Source: an uncultured delta proteobacterium
GTDB taxonomy: Bacteria > Desulfobacterota > Binatia > UBA9968
DNA length: 64,000 nucleotides
Assembly (NCBI GenBank): GCA_963755715.1
Contig: CAVWLW010000074.1
Coordinates: forward strand, 108,164-172,163
Direction: 5' to 3'
The notes under the pieces are model-generated. The model searched no databases. It was not told where the DNA came from and saw only the letters and a list, made by a program, of their open reading frames with translations. Shown piece after piece: positions 51,064 through 62,464 of the stretch (positions are counted from its first letter, which is position 1; the number at the start of each line of letters is the position of its first letter). The translations under genes were made by a program, and so were the position numbers.

Positions 51064-51924
51064 ATGGCCGCGATCATAGACGGCAAAGCCGTCGCCAAGG
51101 AAGTTCAAAAGCAGATCAAGGAAGAAGTGGAAGGTCTCGATCGGCGCTGGGGATGGGCGCCGGGTCTGGCGGTGGTTTTGGTCGGCGATGATCCGGCGTC
51201 GCACATTTACGTGCGCAACAAGGAGAAAGCGTGCCGGGAGGTGGGCATCAAATCCTTCGAGCATCTGTTGCCGGCGACGATCCCGGAAAAAGAATTGCTG
51301 GCGCTCGTGCATCAGCTCAACAAAGACAACGACGTGCATGGCATCCTGGTACAGTTGCCGTTGCCGCCGCATATTCGCGCGGAAAAAGTTTTGGAAGCGA
51401 TCTCGCCGCGCAAAGACATCGATGGCTTTCATCCCATGAGTCAGGGAATGTTGCTGCTCGGCGGCGACGGCTTTCGACCGTGCACACCGCTCGGCATCAT
51501 GAAGCTGCTGGCGGCGGCGGGTTGCGATCCAAAAGGTAAAACCGCCGTGGTCGTCGGACGGAGCAATATTGTCGGCAAGCCGGTGGCGCTGATGCTGCTC
51601 GAGAAGCACGCGACGGTGACGATCTGTCATTCGCGCACCGCGAGCTTGCGCGACGAAGTCGGCCGGGCCGATATTTTAGTGGTGGCGATCGGCAAGGCGG
51701 GATTGGTCCGCGGCGATTGGATCAAGCCCGGCGCGGTGGTGATCGACGTCGGCGTCAATCGGTTAGCGAGCGGCAAGCTGACCGGCGATGTGGAATTTGA
51801 CAGCGCCAAGGAACGCGCATCGGCGATCACGCCGGTGCCGGGCGGCGTCGGTCCGATGACGATTTGCATGTTGCTCTACAACACCTTGAAAGCCGCGAAA
51901 AACTCACTGCAGCGCGAGCGTTGA
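51064..51924 (+). CDS. folD: methylene-THF dehydrogenase/cyclohydrolase
   Basis: [38 protein letters not shown]. Confidence 0.97.
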   Translation: MAAIIDGKAVAKEVQKQIKEEVEGLDRRWGWAPGLAVVLVGDDPASHIYVRNKEKACREVGIKSFEHLLPATIPEKELLALVHQLNKDNDVHGILVQLPLPPHIRAEKVLEAISPRKDIDGFHPMSQGMLLLGGDGFRPCTPLGIMKLLAAAGCDPKGKTAVVVGRSNIVGKPVALMLLEKHATVTICHSRTASLRDEVGRADILVVAIGKAGLVRGDWIKPGAVVIDVGVNRLASGKLTGDVEFDSAKERASAITPVPGGVGPMTICMLLYNTLKAAKNSLQRER

Positions 51925-51965
51925 GCGATCGATCACGAGTGGATCTATCTGCCGAGGTCGCGCCG

Positions 51966-52104
51966 ATGAAAAAAACTCCGCTCTACGCCGCGCATCGCCG
52001 CGCCGGCGCGAAAATGGTGGAATTCGCCGGCTGGGACATGCCGGTGCAATATCAGGGCGTCATCCAGGAACATTTGACCGTGCGCGGCCAGGCAGGGTTA
52101 TTCG
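51966..52104 (+). CDS. gcvT: glycine cleavage T protein, 5' fragment cut at junction
   Basis: MKKTPLY...[10 protein letters not shown]...EHLTVR...GLF, then the expected DVSHMG is missing. Confidence 0.9.
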
Positions 52105-52327
52105 TCACCGGGAAGACGCCGCTGAACATGGGCTACGTCCGGGAGAGGCTGACTTCTGCGCGGAGGGCCCGGAGGCGACCCTGAGCCTGGTGTCCACCAC
52201 CAACGGGGCGTACGGCCCGGCGATCGACGACGTGACCGTCACTCCGCGCCTGCGCTCCGCCGAGGCGGAGACCGAGTCCGGGGCCAAGGTCGGGGCCGGG
52301 GCTGAGACGCCGCGACAGAACGGCTGA
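52105..52327 (+). CDS. 3' fragment of a DUF642/choice-of-anchor-like protein
   Basis: NMGY...[22 protein letters not shown] across a frameshift; no 5' end. Confidence 0.5.
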
Positions 52328-52355
52328 CGCCCCGCGCCGCGGGCCAAGCGACGCA

Positions 52356-52384
52356 CGGGAGTCCCGGCGGCGCCGGGACTCCCG
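52356..52384. terminator. GC-rich hairpin between convergent genes
   Basis: CGGGAGTCCCGGC-GGC-GCCGGGACTCCCG perfect inverted repeat. Confidence 0.7.
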
Positions 52385-52391
52385 AAGGGGT

Positions 52392-52800
52392 CTACCGGGT
52401 GCCGCCGGGCTTCCAGAGGATCTCGTCGCCACCCGCGGCCACCCGGCAGAGGATGAACATCAGGTCACTCAGCCGGTTGAGGTATTTCGCGGTCAGCGGG
52501 TTGACGTCGTCGTGCGCCTCCAGGGCGGCCCAGACGGTCCGCTCGGCCCTCCGGGTCACGGTCCTGGCCACGTGGAGCTGGGCGACGACCGGGGTGCCGC
52601 CCGGCAGGATGAAGCTGCGCAGCGGCTTGAGCCGCTCGTTGAACTCATCGCACCGCTCCTCCAGCCATTCGACGTAGGAGGGCTCGACCCGCAGCGGCGG
52701 GAACTCGGGGCTCTCCACGACCGGGGTGCACAGGTCGGCGCCGACGTCGAACAGCTCGTTCTGGATCCGGACGAGGACCCGGGTGATGTCCTCGTCGTCG
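52392..52800 (-). CDS. PduO-type cob(I)alamin adenosyltransferase, 3' fragment
   Basis: IQNELFDVGADL, FILPGG, RTVTRRAER, YLNRLSD; N-terminal TRTGD motif missing. Confidence 0.9.
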
Positions 52801-53079
52801 TACCTCGAGGGCTTCGGGCTGGTCGCGCTCGAGGCCGCCGCCCACGGCACGCCGGCCGTGGTCTCAGACCTCCCGTGCTTCGCCGAGACGCTGGGCGACG
52901 CCGCGCTGCGGGTGGCGGTCGGCGACGCCGGCGCGCTCGCCGACGCGCTGCTGCGCATCGGCGGCGACGACGCGCTGCGCGCCCGCCTGGGCGCCGCCGC
53001 GCGCGAGCGCGCCGCCCTCTACACCTGGAAGCGGGCGGCGGCCGCGCTGCATCCGCTGCTGGCGCAGGCGGCGGCGTGA
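52800..53079 (+). CDS. GT4 glycosyltransferase, 3' fragment
   Basis: EGFGLVALEA...GTPAVVSD (E-x7-E motif), YTW. Confidence 0.85.
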
Positions 53080-53943
53080 GCTTCACGATCGTGACCGTCC
53101 TGCACGACTCGGCCCCCGAGCTGCAGCGGCTGCTGCCCTCCCTGCGCGAGCACGTGCCGTCCGACGCCCAGCTCGTGGTCGTCGACTCGGGGTCGAGCGA
53201 TGACGGCCCCGCCCTGGCGCGGGCCGCCGGCGCCGAGGTCATCGTCCTCGACGGCAACCCGGGCTTCGGGGCCGCCAACAACGCGGGCGTGGCCGCGGCG
53301 CGCCACGCCGTCGCCGTCCTGCTCAATCCCGATTGCGAGCTGCTCGACTCCGGGCTGTCGGCACTGGCGACAGCGCGCCGCGGGCGCCGAGGCCCTGCTC
53401 GTCCCGCGGCTGATCGAGGCCGACGGAGCGCTGCAGCGCAGCGCGCACCCGCTGCCTGGGCGTCCGATGGGCCTCGTGCGCGCCGCGCTGCCCACGCGCG
53501 CGCTGCCCCAGCCCCACCGCGCCCGCCGACCACGGCGCGTGGGCTGGGCCATCGCCGCCTGCCTGGCCGCGCCGAGCGCCGTGCTGCGTCGGCTGGGTCC
53601 CTTCGACCCCGACGCGTTCCTCTTCTACGAGGACATGGACCTGTGCCTGCGCGCGCACGCCGCGGGGGTGCCCACCATCCTGCGCCCCGAGGTGGTGGTG
53701 CGGCATCTCGGCGGGCGCAGCACAGCCCGCGAGTTCGGCGGCGAGGCCTTCGACCTGCAGGCGCGCCGCCGCCGCGAGGTCGTGGGCGCGCGCCTGGGGG
53801 CGCGCGCCCTGCGATACGACGACGGCGCACAGGCCTTGACCTTCGGCCTGCGCGCCGCCGTGGGACGCGAGCGGGGCCGCAACGTGGCGGCCCTGCGCGC
53901 GCTGCGCGCCGCACGGCGGATGGCCACCGCCGCACCGCGTTAG
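53076..53943 (+). CDS. GT2 glycosyltransferase, frameshifted
   Basis: VVVDSGSSD, NPGFGAANNAG, LNPD, FLFYEDMDLC. Confidence 0.85.
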
Positions 53944-53973
53944 CGCAGCCGGACTATTTGACGACGGCCTTCC

Positions 53974-54606
53974 CTAGTGGCGGGCCATCGGGTCGACGTA
54001 GACGTCGTCGATCCGCCACTTCGCGCCGAGCCCGATGGGCGTGAAGCGGAAGGCGACATTCGCCTTGCCGCCGTTCAGCACGCCGAGGAGGTTGGCGGTG
54101 ACGAGCGTGGGCAGCGACGGCGCCCAAGCCTTGCCGCCGACGTTCACGCCCAGCGGCAGCGTGATCACGCCACCACCCGGCGGGTAGTAGAGGATCGAGA
54201 TGCTCATGAGCGACAGCAGACCGCCGTCGTTCGCCGCGAAGAAGCGCATCGTCGGATCGAGCACGCCGACGCACACCTGGGGCGTCGTCGCCGAGCTACC
54301 GGACGGCAGCGACAGGGCGTTCTTCTCCCCTGCCCCGTGAGCCGCGAACGGCTCGCTGCCGGCGACGACCTTCGCGCCACCCGTCAGCTTCCAGCCGTCC
54401 ATCGCGCCCTCGAACGTGCCGCCCGGAGCGAGGACGTAGTTGGAGTTGTCGAGCCAGCGCGCGAACGGGTGCTCGATCGTCTGGGCCGGACAACCGTTCA
54501 GCCCGACGTTGAGACCGTCGGCCGAGGCGGCCGCGGGCATGGCGCACAGCGCGAGAGCGGCGATCGTGCCGGTCATTGCGCGGCGCAGAAATGACGTCCG
54601 TGTCAA
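53974..54606 (-). CDS. secreted hypothetical protein
   Basis: signal peptide ending PAAASA; GGTFEG...W...WRIDDVYVDP beta-rich body; GGGGGA RBS. Confidence 0.75.
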   Translation of the reverse strand: MTRTSFLRRAMTGTIAALALCAMPAAASADGLNVGLNGCPAQTIEHPFARWLDNSNYVLAPGGTFEGAMDGWKLTGGAKVVAGSEPFAAHGAGEKNALSLPSGSSATTPQVCVGVLDPTMRFFAANDGGLLSLMSISILYYPPGGGVITLPLGVNVGGKAWAPSLPTLVTANLLGVLNGGKANVAFRFTPIGLGAKWRIDDVYVDPMARH

Positions 54607-54762
54607 AGCATGTCCCCCTGTGATGTCCGTAGCGCCGTTCGGCGTCCATGGACGGCTTCGACCCATCGCCAAGCGGACATGAACCTGCGCCCAACGGCGC
54701 CGAACATGCGTCCAGAAGAAGGTGCGTCCCGCCCCCGCGCGCGCCGATGAAGGGGATGCGCC

Positions 54763-56124
54763 ATGGCTCTCGCAGACGACGACCCCTACGTCGAGGAGCT
54801 CCTCGGCAATGCCCCGGGCCGCGCCGCCGCGCCGCTGCCCGCCCGGGAGCTGCTCGCCGAGCTCGCGTGCGGTGCGCTGCTGCTTGCCGCGGTGGCCGCG
54901 CTGGCGCTTTTCGCCCCGTCCGGGCGCGCGCTGCAGCCGATCGTGGCGCTCGGGCTGATCGCCCTCTTCGCCGTCGCCCAGCAGGTGCAGTTCGAGGTGG
55001 GGATCGGCTACACGGTCCCGACCCAGCTCGTGCTCATGCCGATGCTGATCCTGGCGCCGCCGGCTCTGGTCCCGCTGCTCGTGGCCGCCGGCCTGCTGAT
55101 CGGACGCCTGCCCTCCTATCTGCGCCGCGAGGTCCACCCGTCGCGCGTGGCCTTCGTCCTGCCGGACGCCTTCTACGCGGTCGGGCCGGCGCTGGTCATG
55201 GCCGTGCTCGGGCCCGCGCACGTCGGCCTCGACGACTGGCCGGTGCTGGCCGTCGCTCTCGCTGCGCAGGCGGTCTGCGACGCCGGCTTCACCGGGCTGC
55301 GGATCTGGCTGGCTCTCGGCACCCCGCCGCAGATGCAGCTGCGTCTCTTCGCGTGGGTCCTCACCGTCGACGCCGCGCTGGCGCCGGTCGGCATCCTCGC
55401 CGGCGTGGCCGGCGAGCACCAGCCGCTCGCCGTGGTGCTCGTGCTTCCCATCATGGGCCTGCTCGCCTTCTTCGCGCGCGAGCGGCGCGCGCACATCGAC
55501 AAGGCGCTCGCGCTGTCGCACGCCTACCGCGGCACCGCGCTGCTCATGAGCGACCTGCTCGAGGCCGACGACGCCTACACCGGCGGCGAGCACAGCCACG
55601 GCGTGGTGGCGCTCGCCCTGGCCGTCGGCGACACCCTCGGCCTCGGCGCGCGCGACCGGCGCAACCTCGAGTTCGCCGCCCTGCTGCACGACATCGGCAA
55701 GATCCGGGTGCCCGACGAGATCATCAACAAGCCCGGCAAGCTCACCGACACGGAGTTCGAGATCGTCAAGCGCCATCCCGTCGACGGCCAGGAGATGCTC
55801 GAGCGCGTCGGCGGCGTGCTGGCGGAGGTGGGGATCATCGTCCGCCACCACCACGAGCGCTGGGACGGGCGCGGCTACCCCGACCGCATCGCGGGCGAGG
55901 CCATCCCGCTGGCCGCGCGGATCATCTGCGTGTGCGACGCCTACAGCGCGATGACCACGAATCGCCCCTACCGGGCGGCGATGCCCGTCGCCGACGCGGT
56001 GGCCGAGCTCGAGCGCTGCGCGGGCGACCAGTTCGACCCGGCCGTGTTCGTGGCGCTGATGCAGACCGTGGCCAGGCACCCCGAGCACCGCCCGGCGCGG
56101 ACGCTGCTCGAGCTCGCGGCGTAG
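54763..56124 (+). CDS. membrane-anchored HD-GYP phosphodiesterase
   Basis: multi-TM N-terminus; LHDIGK, HHERWDGRGYP, RPYR. Confidence 0.93.
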   Translation: MALADDDPYVEELLGNAPGRAAAPLPARELLAELACGALLLAAVAALALFAPSGRALQPIVALGLIALFAVAQQVQFEVGIGYTVPTQLVLMPMLILAPPALVPLLVAAGLLIGRLPSYLRREVHPSRVAFVLPDAFYAVGPALVMAVLGPAHVGLDDWPVLAVALAAQAVCDAGFTGLRIWLALGTPPQMQLRLFAWVLTVDAALAPVGILAGVAGEHQPLAVVLVLPIMGLLAFFARERRAHIDKALALSHAYRGTALLMSDLLEADDAYTGGEHSHGVVALALAVGDTLGLGARDRRNLEFAALLHDIGKIRVPDEIINKPGKLTDTEFEIVKRHPVDGQEMLERVGGVLAEVGIIVRHHHERWDGRGYPDRIAGEAIPLAARIICVCDAYSAMTTNRPYRAAMPVADAVAELERCAGDQFDPAVFVALMQTVARHPEHRPARTLLELAA

Positions 56125-56187
56125 CCCGACCAGCCGCCGCCGGGCGACGATTCGCTCTCAGCCGAAGGCTGCGGCAGAATCGGCTTC

Positions 56188-57168
56188 GTGATCCGCTTTC
56201 GCTTCGGCCACGAGGACCTGGTCCGCACGCGCTTTGCCATCTCGCCGCTCTTCGACCTGAACTGGAGCACGGACGTCCTGCGCGATCCCGCCGCGCACTC
56301 GCTGCATCTGCCATGGGCGCGCGCGGCGCGCCGGCGCCTTGAGGGCTTCGACTACGAGTTGCTCGACCTGCTGGCCACGTCGTCGCCCCACGGCTATGCG
56401 CCCGACTTCGTGTCGCCGCCCCCCACGACCCCGCTGGCCGAGCTGGACGACGAGCTGGCCCGCGTGCGCGCGACGCCGCACGCGCAGGTCGCCCTCGAGG
56501 TCGGCTGGCGCTTCGAGGGCATGGCGGTGCCGGAGGCCGCGCGAGTGCTGCTCGACGATCCCGAACGTGGCCTGGCAGAGCTCACCGCGATGATGGCGCA
56601 GTACTTCGAGCGCGCGATCGCCCCGTGGTGGCCGGAGATACGGGCCGCGCTCGAGGACGACATCCTGCATCGCGCGCGGCGCCTGACCGCGGGTGGCGCC
56701 ATCGAGGTCTTCGAGGACCTCCATCACCAGGTCCATTGGCGCGACGGCGCACTGGAGGTCGACCGCCCCTACGAGCAGCAGGTCGACCTGAGCGGGCGCG
56801 GACTGCTGCTCGTCCCCGCCGCCTTCGCGTGGCCGCGGGTCTTCGCGATGTTCGACGAGCCGTGGCAGCCGGCGCTCATCTACACCCCGCGCGGGTTGGG
56901 ATCGCTCTGGGCCCCTACCGCGACAGCCGACGGCGACGGGGAGGCGCTCGCGGCCCTGCTCGGCCGCCGCCGCGCGGCGATCCTCGCGACGCTGGGCACG
57001 CCGGCGGCGACGAGCGACCTGGCGCGGCGCCTCGGCGCTTCGGCGGCAGGCGTGAACGAGCACCTGGGCGTCCTGCGGCGCGCCGGGCTCGTGCGCGCGG
57101 TCCGCGACGGCCGGCGCGTCCTCTACTCCCGCACGCCCACGGGCGACGCGCTCCTGAGCCGGGCCTGA
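56188..57168 (+). CDS. ArsR-type winged-helix regulator (DUF5937-like)
   Basis: RTRFAISPL, APDFVSPPP, GLLLVP; C-terminal LLGRRRAAIL...HLGVLRRAGLV. Confidence 0.85.
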   Translation: MIRFRFGHEDLVRTRFAISPLFDLNWSTDVLRDPAAHSLHLPWARAARRRLEGFDYELLDLLATSSPHGYAPDFVSPPPTTPLAELDDELARVRATPHAQVALEVGWRFEGMAVPEAARVLLDDPERGLAELTAMMAQYFERAIAPWWPEIRAALEDDILHRARRLTAGGAIEVFEDLHHQVHWRDGALEVDRPYEQQVDLSGRGLLLVPAAFAWPRVFAMFDEPWQPALIYTPRGLGSLWAPTATADGDGEALAALLGRRRAAILATLGTPAATSDLARRLGASAAGVNEHLGVLRRAGLVRAVRDGRRVLYSRTPTGDALLSRA

Positions 57169-57405
57169 AGTGGTTCGAGCTGTCCTGCCCGGCGGCCGCA
57201 GGACGACCAGAGGGCAGGACGGCTCGCCGCGGCCCGTCGCGGACGACCCGCCTGGGCCCCGACCGCCGCTCACTCCTTCCCCTCGAGATGAGCAGTTCGT
57301 GACGACGCTGCGGCTAGAAGCCGACGGTCGACCGCCCCGTCCAGGATGACCCGGCCACGCGACTGGCCCGCCGGCCGCCGTTGTCCGAGCAGCTTGCGTC
57401 GATCA

Positions 57406-58129
57406 CGTCAAGGGCGCCAGAGGTGGATCTCGCACTCGTAGGGGACGTCGACCGGCCCGTCGGGCGACCAGGGCGCGCACGCGCTCGACCAGCGGTGCGC
57501 GGGTCGCCTCGTCGAGCGCGGCGATGAAGCTCGTCGAGCCGACGCGGTCGGCGACGGCGTCCGCGTCCATGCGCTGGGTGAAGTCGAACTTGACCTCGGT
57601 CAGCTCGCGGCCGGCGAACGTGTCACGCCAGGCGCCGCTGGCGTGCGCGGGCGCGTCGCCGCGATAGGGCGCGATCAGCGCGCTGATCTGCGCGTGCAGC
57701 TCCGAGGACTCGCTCGGGCGGCGGTTCCAGGCCAGCGCGAGCGCACCGCCGGGGCGCAGGACGCGCTCGATCTCGGCCAGGGCCTTGGGCCCGTCGAACC
57801 AGTGGAAGGCCTGGCCGACGGTGACGGCGTCGGCGCTGTCGTCGGGCAGCGGCATCGCCTCGGCGGTGCCGTCGAGCGCGCGCGCCGTCGGCCCGATCGC
57901 AGCGCGCATCTCGGCCACCGGCTCGATGGCGATCACCTCGCAGCCCAGCGCCGCCAGCGGCCGGGTGAGCTTGCCGCTGCCGGCGGCGAGGTCGACCACC
58001 GTCCGGCCGGGGCGCAGGTCGAGCTCCTCGCGCCAGCCACGCGATCGCCTCGGGCGGATACTCGGGCCGCGCGCGCTCGTAGGCCTCGACCGAGCGCGCG
58101 AAGCCGGTCGCCGCCGAGGGGTGGACCAT
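57406..58129 (-). CDS. class I SAM-dependent methyltransferase, frameshifted
   Basis: YERARPEYP, VDLAAGSGK, GQAFHWFD, RVLRPGG. Confidence 0.88.
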
Positions 58130-58842
58130 CAGAACAGCCCCAGCTGGCGATCGTCGATCGCCACGGCCACGGGCTCGAGCTCTGGGATGTCGGGCAGCGC
58201 GCGCGGCTCGGGCAGCTCGGGGCGCTCCTCCTCGCCGCCGGGCTGCGGCGGCGGCCCCATCGCCAGCAGCTCAGGCAGGCGGGCGAAGTCGGTCCGCAGG
58301 ACCTCGACGTTGGCCGGCGTGTAGAGCGCGGCCGCGGGGTGGAAGATCGGATACAGCCGCACCGCGCGGGTGCCGATGACGCGCACCTCGTCGCGCCCGT
58401 GCAGGCGCGTGATCCCGGTCGGGTCCGCGCGCAGGAGCTTGGTCGCGAAGTTCCCCAGGGTGCAGATGACGCGCGGCTCGATCAGCTCCACCTGGCGCAG
58501 GAGGTACTCGTGGCAGTTCTCGATCTCCTCGGGATGAGGATCGCGGTTGCCGGGCGGGCGGCACTTCAGCGTGTTGCAGATGAAGACGTCGCCGCGCTGG
58601 AGGCCGATCTCCTCGAGCAGCTTGTCCAGCAGCTTGCCGGCCTGCCCGACGAAGGGCAGCCCCTGCTCGTCCTCGTTGCGGCCGGGCGCCTCGCCGACGA
58701 ACATCAGGTCGGCGTCGGCGTTGCCCGAGCCGAAGACCACGGTGGTGCGGGTCGCGGCCAGCTGGGGGCAGCGGGTGCAGTCCCGCGCCTGGTGGTAGAC
58801 GGCCTTGAGCGCCTCCCGGCGCTCCTGCTTCGAAGGCGGCAC
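58129..58842 (-). CDS. family 4 uracil-DNA glycosylase
   Basis: [27 protein letters not shown]. Confidence 0.93.
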   Translation of the reverse strand: MPPSKQERREALKAVYHQARDCTRCPQLAATRTTVVFGSGNADADLMFVGEAPGRNEDEQGLPFVGQAGKLLDKLLEEIGLQRGDVFICNTLKCRPPGNRDPHPEEIENCHEYLLRQVELIEPRVICTLGNFATKLLRADPTGITRLHGRDEVRVIGTRAVRLYPIFHPAAALYTPANVEVLRTDFARLPELLAMGPPPQPGGEEERPELPEPRALPDIPELEPVAVAIDDRQLGLF

Positions 58843-58981
58843 GATCCAAGCGTAGACACAGCCGCGGCCGGGCTTGGGCGAAGAAGCCGCAACCTGCGCA
58901 ACTCCGTTGGACCGACGGGGTACGCTTTGTCCACATCACACGTGACCGGCACCCCGATCCGGGGGCTGGATCCGACATCAG

Positions 58982-59670
58982 ATGCAAGAGAAGATCGCCA
59001 TCGTGGGGGACGGCCGCCTTGGCCGCGCCCTGGCTTCCGCACTGCGGGCCCCGGCTCCGCACGGCCGCGGCTACACCGGCGCGGGCGCCGACGCCGTGCT
59101 GCTGTGCGTCCCCGACGCCCAGATCGCCGCCGCCGCGGCCGCGATCGAGCCCGGCCCGCTGGTGGGCCACTGCTCGGGGGCGACGGGCCTCGACGTGCTC
59201 GCCCCGCACGAGGCCTTCGGGCTGCACCCGCTCATGACCGTGACCCGCGCCGGCGGCGCGTTCGCCGGCGCCGGCTGCGCCGATCGCGGGCACGACGCCG
59301 CGGGCGCTCGACTTCGCCCACCGCCTCGGCCTCGCCCTGGGCATGCGGCCGTTCGCGATCGCCGACGAGGATCGCGTCGCCTACCACGCCGCCGCCTCGA
59401 TGGCGTCGAACTTCCTGGTCACGCTCGAGTCGGCGGCGGCGCGCGCTGGCGGCGACGGCGGGCGTCGAGCGCACGATGCTCGTGCCGCTGGTGCGCGCCG
59501 CGGTCGAGGCCTGGGCCGTCGAGGGCGACGCGTCGCTGACGGGGCCGATCGTCCGCGGCGACGAGGCCACGGTGGCGCGCCATCGCGAGGCCATCGGCGA
59601 GCGCGCGCCCGAGCTGCTCGGGCTCTACGACGTGCTGGCCGACGCGACGCGGGCGGTGGCGGCGGCATGA
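58982..59670 (+). CDS. Rossmann-like/DUF2520 protein (PanG-type ketopantoate reductase candidate), frameshifted
   Basis: VGDGRLG, CVPD, HCSG, LHPLMT, YHAAASMASN, LTGPIVRGD; upstream of panC-panB. Confidence 0.85.
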
Positions 59671-60532
59671 GGACCGTGCGGACGATCGCCGACGTGCGCG
59701 CGGAGCTGCGCCCGGCGCGGCGCGCCGAGCGCGTCATCGGCCTCGTGCCGACGATGGGCGCGCTGCACGAGGGCCATCTGAGCCTCATCCGCCACGCGCG
59801 CGCCACGTGCGACGTGGTCGTCGATGTCGCTCTTCGTCAACCCCGCGCAGTTCAACGCGGCGGGCGACCTGGCCGCCTACCCGCGCGACGAGGAGCGCGA
59901 CGCGGCGCTGGCCGCCGAGGCCGGCGCCGACCTGCTCTTCGCGCCGGCGCTCGACGAGGTCTATCCGCCGGGCTTCGGGACGACGGTCCACGTGAGCGGC
60001 CTGACCGAGACGCTCGAGGGCGAGCACCGCGGCGTGAGCCACTTCGACGGCGTCACGACCGTCGTGACCAAGCTGCTGAACATGGTCGGGCCCGACGTGG
60101 CGTTCTTCGGCCAGAAGGACGCCCAGCAGGCGCTCGTCGTCCGCGCGCTGGTGCGCGACCTCGACCTGCCGGTGCGCATCGAGGTCTGCCCTACCGTGCG
60201 CGAGCCCGACGGCCTGGCCCTGTCGAGCCGCAACGTCCACCTGCGCGGCGCCGACCGCGAGCGCGCGCTGGCGCTGCGCGACGCGCTGGCCGCCGCCGAG
60301 GCGTCACTGGGCGCCGGCGAGCGCGACGCCGGAGGTCCTGCGCGCAGCCGCGCTGGCCGCGATGCGCGGGCGCGGCGTGGAGCCCGACTACCTCGAGCTC
60401 GTCCGCCCGGACGACCTCTCCCCCGTGGCGCGCGTCGACGGCGAAGTGCTCGTCGCCGTCGCGGCCAGCGTGGGCAGCACCCGTCTCATCGACAACACCA
60501 TTCTCAACGCCAACGGACAGCCGGGAGGCTGA
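59667..60532 (+). CDS. panC: pantoate-beta-alanine ligase, frameshifted
   Basis: [39 protein letters not shown]. Confidence 0.93.
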
Positions 60533-60538
60533 GTCGCC

Positions 60539-61430
60539 ATGAGCGCACACCCGAACATCCAGACCCCGGCCGACGCCTCGCGCCTGCCGATGACCCTGCC
60601 GCGGCTGTTCGAGAAGAAGCGCCTCGGGGAGCCGATCGTCATGGTCACCGCCTACGACTTCCCGAGCGCGCGGGCGGCCGAGGAGGCCGGCGTCGACCTC
60701 GTCCTCGTCGGCGACTCGGGCGCCATGACCGTCCTGGGCTATCCGAGCACGGTCGCGGTCGAGCTCGACGAGCTGCTCGTGCTCGCGCGCGCCACGCGCC
60801 GCGGGCTGCGCACGCCCTTCCTGGTCGGCGACCTGCCCTTCGGCTCCTACGAGGTCTCCGACGAGCAGGCGGTGCAGACGGCCTTCCGCTTCGTCAAGGA
60901 GGCGGGCTGCGACGCGGTCAAGCTCGAGGGCGGCGGCAGGTGAGCGTCGCGCGCGCTCGCGCCATCGTGCAGGCGGGCATCCCGGTCATGGGCCACGTCG
61001 GCCTGACGCCGCAGACCTCGACCGCCCTGGGCGGCTACCGCGCGCAGGGGCGCACGGCGCCGCCGCCTCGCGCATCGCCGCGAGGCGCTGGCGCTGCAGG
61101 AGGCGGGCTGCTTCAGCCTCGTCTTCGAGGCGATCCCCGCGGCGGTCGCGGCCGAGCTCATGCCGCGCATCGAGGTCCCGGTCATCGGCATCGGCGCCGG
61201 CCCCGCCACCGACGGCCAGGTGCTCGTCTTCCACGACCTGCTCGGCATCCGCGAGGGCCTCGGCGCGCGCTTCGTCAAGCGCTACGCGTCGCTGCAGGAC
61301 GAGATGGTCGCGGGCGTCGCGGCGTACGCCGACGACGTGCGCTCAGGCCGCTACCCGGGGCCCGAGCACGGCTACTCGATCGACGAGTCGGAGCTCGCGG
61401 AGTTCCGGGAGGCGCTGGCGGGGCGTGTAG
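60539..61430 (+). CDS. panB: ketopantoate hydroxymethyltransferase, frameshifted; 3' end uncertain
   Basis: [43 protein letters not shown]. Confidence 0.93.
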
Positions 61431-62332
61431 CGCAGGATCGCTGTGAGGCGGTCCGCGACGGTCTGCGGGTCGTAGCGCAGCTGGCGCCAGGTGAAGCGGA
61501 CGACTCGGTAGCCGGCGGCGAGGAGGGCGGCGTCCTTGGCGCGGTCATCCTCGAACGCCTGGCGGGTGCGGTGGGTGTCCCAGCCGTCGGTCTCCACGAC
61601 CAGGCGGTGCGTCGGGAAGTAGCAGTCGACCTCGAGACCTGGGTGGTCGGGGGCATCGAGGGAGACGTTGAAGCTGGGCTCGCGGCAGGCCGTGGTCGCG
61701 TACGAGCTTGCGCATGCGCGCTTCGAGCTCGCTGCGGGTGAACTGGGGTCGTCTTGGATCGCCGTCGGCCAGCCGCCTGGTGCCTCGGTGGCCGTTGCTT
61801 CGCTCGATGACGTCTCTCGATCGCTCGGTGGTCGTAGAGCTGGAGGCGCTCGGCCTGCGCGAGCGCTCGCTCGAGGTGGTCGCTCGGGACTTGGCCGCGA
61901 TGTCGAGCAGCGTGCGGTGCGACGGTGGTGATCGGAATGCCTTCGTGGTTGGTGGTGTCCTGGGCATCGAGGGAACGAGAGCGGTGCAGGCGGATCCCCG
62001 GGACGCCTTGCGCGACGCGGGGGCGGTGACCTCGGGGCGCGGCGCGTCGTATTGAGGAGGTTCCAGTGCACCGCGGCGCTGAATGGCTGAGCACCGCGCC
62101 GGGCCCGCAGGCCATGACCGCCGCCAACCAGCGGCCTTCGCGCGGCACGGGGCGCCACCGACCGCGTAACGCCGCGGTGCACCCGGCGCAACCGCCCGCA
62201 CCGCACCCGCCGCGTCACGGCCGAGCGCCCGACGCCCAACGCCCGCAACTGCGCCAGCGACACCACCCCCCACTGACGCCAGCCAGCTCCGCGACCGCCA
62301 GGTCGAGGGGTATGCTGCTTCATCCCGAACAT
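61372..62332 (-). CDS. AbiEi-like antitoxin N-domain plus DUF559 protein, frameshifted
   Basis: QWGVVS...[20 protein letters not shown]...H...FEDDRAKD...GYRVVRFTW. Confidence 0.75.
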
Positions 62333-62464
62333 CCCTCGGACTCAGCCACCTGCAAGGTGCCCCGCCGCGAAGACGGACTCTCCGACGCCCAGCGGAATGG
62401 CGGGAAGCAGGGCCGGCGGGAGCGGGTCAGTCGCTCCCGCCGGCGTGGAGCCGCCATGACGACG

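Noticed and set aside
52392-52800. Adenosyltransferase as the AdoCbl supplier for the B12 photoreceptor 9 kb away
   Set aside because: The gene is truncated and lies beyond a probable chimeric junction, in DNA of different composition.
52512-61446. Long Arg/Ala/Pro-rich overlapping ORFs such as 52512-54044, 53974-56088 and 57643-59670
   Set aside because: Shadow frames of GC-rich genes, or artefactual fusions created by frameshifts.
61372-62332. Functional AbiE toxin-antitoxin defence system
   Set aside because: No AbiEii toxin is adjacent, and solo AbiEi-DUF559 genes are common in Actinobacteria.
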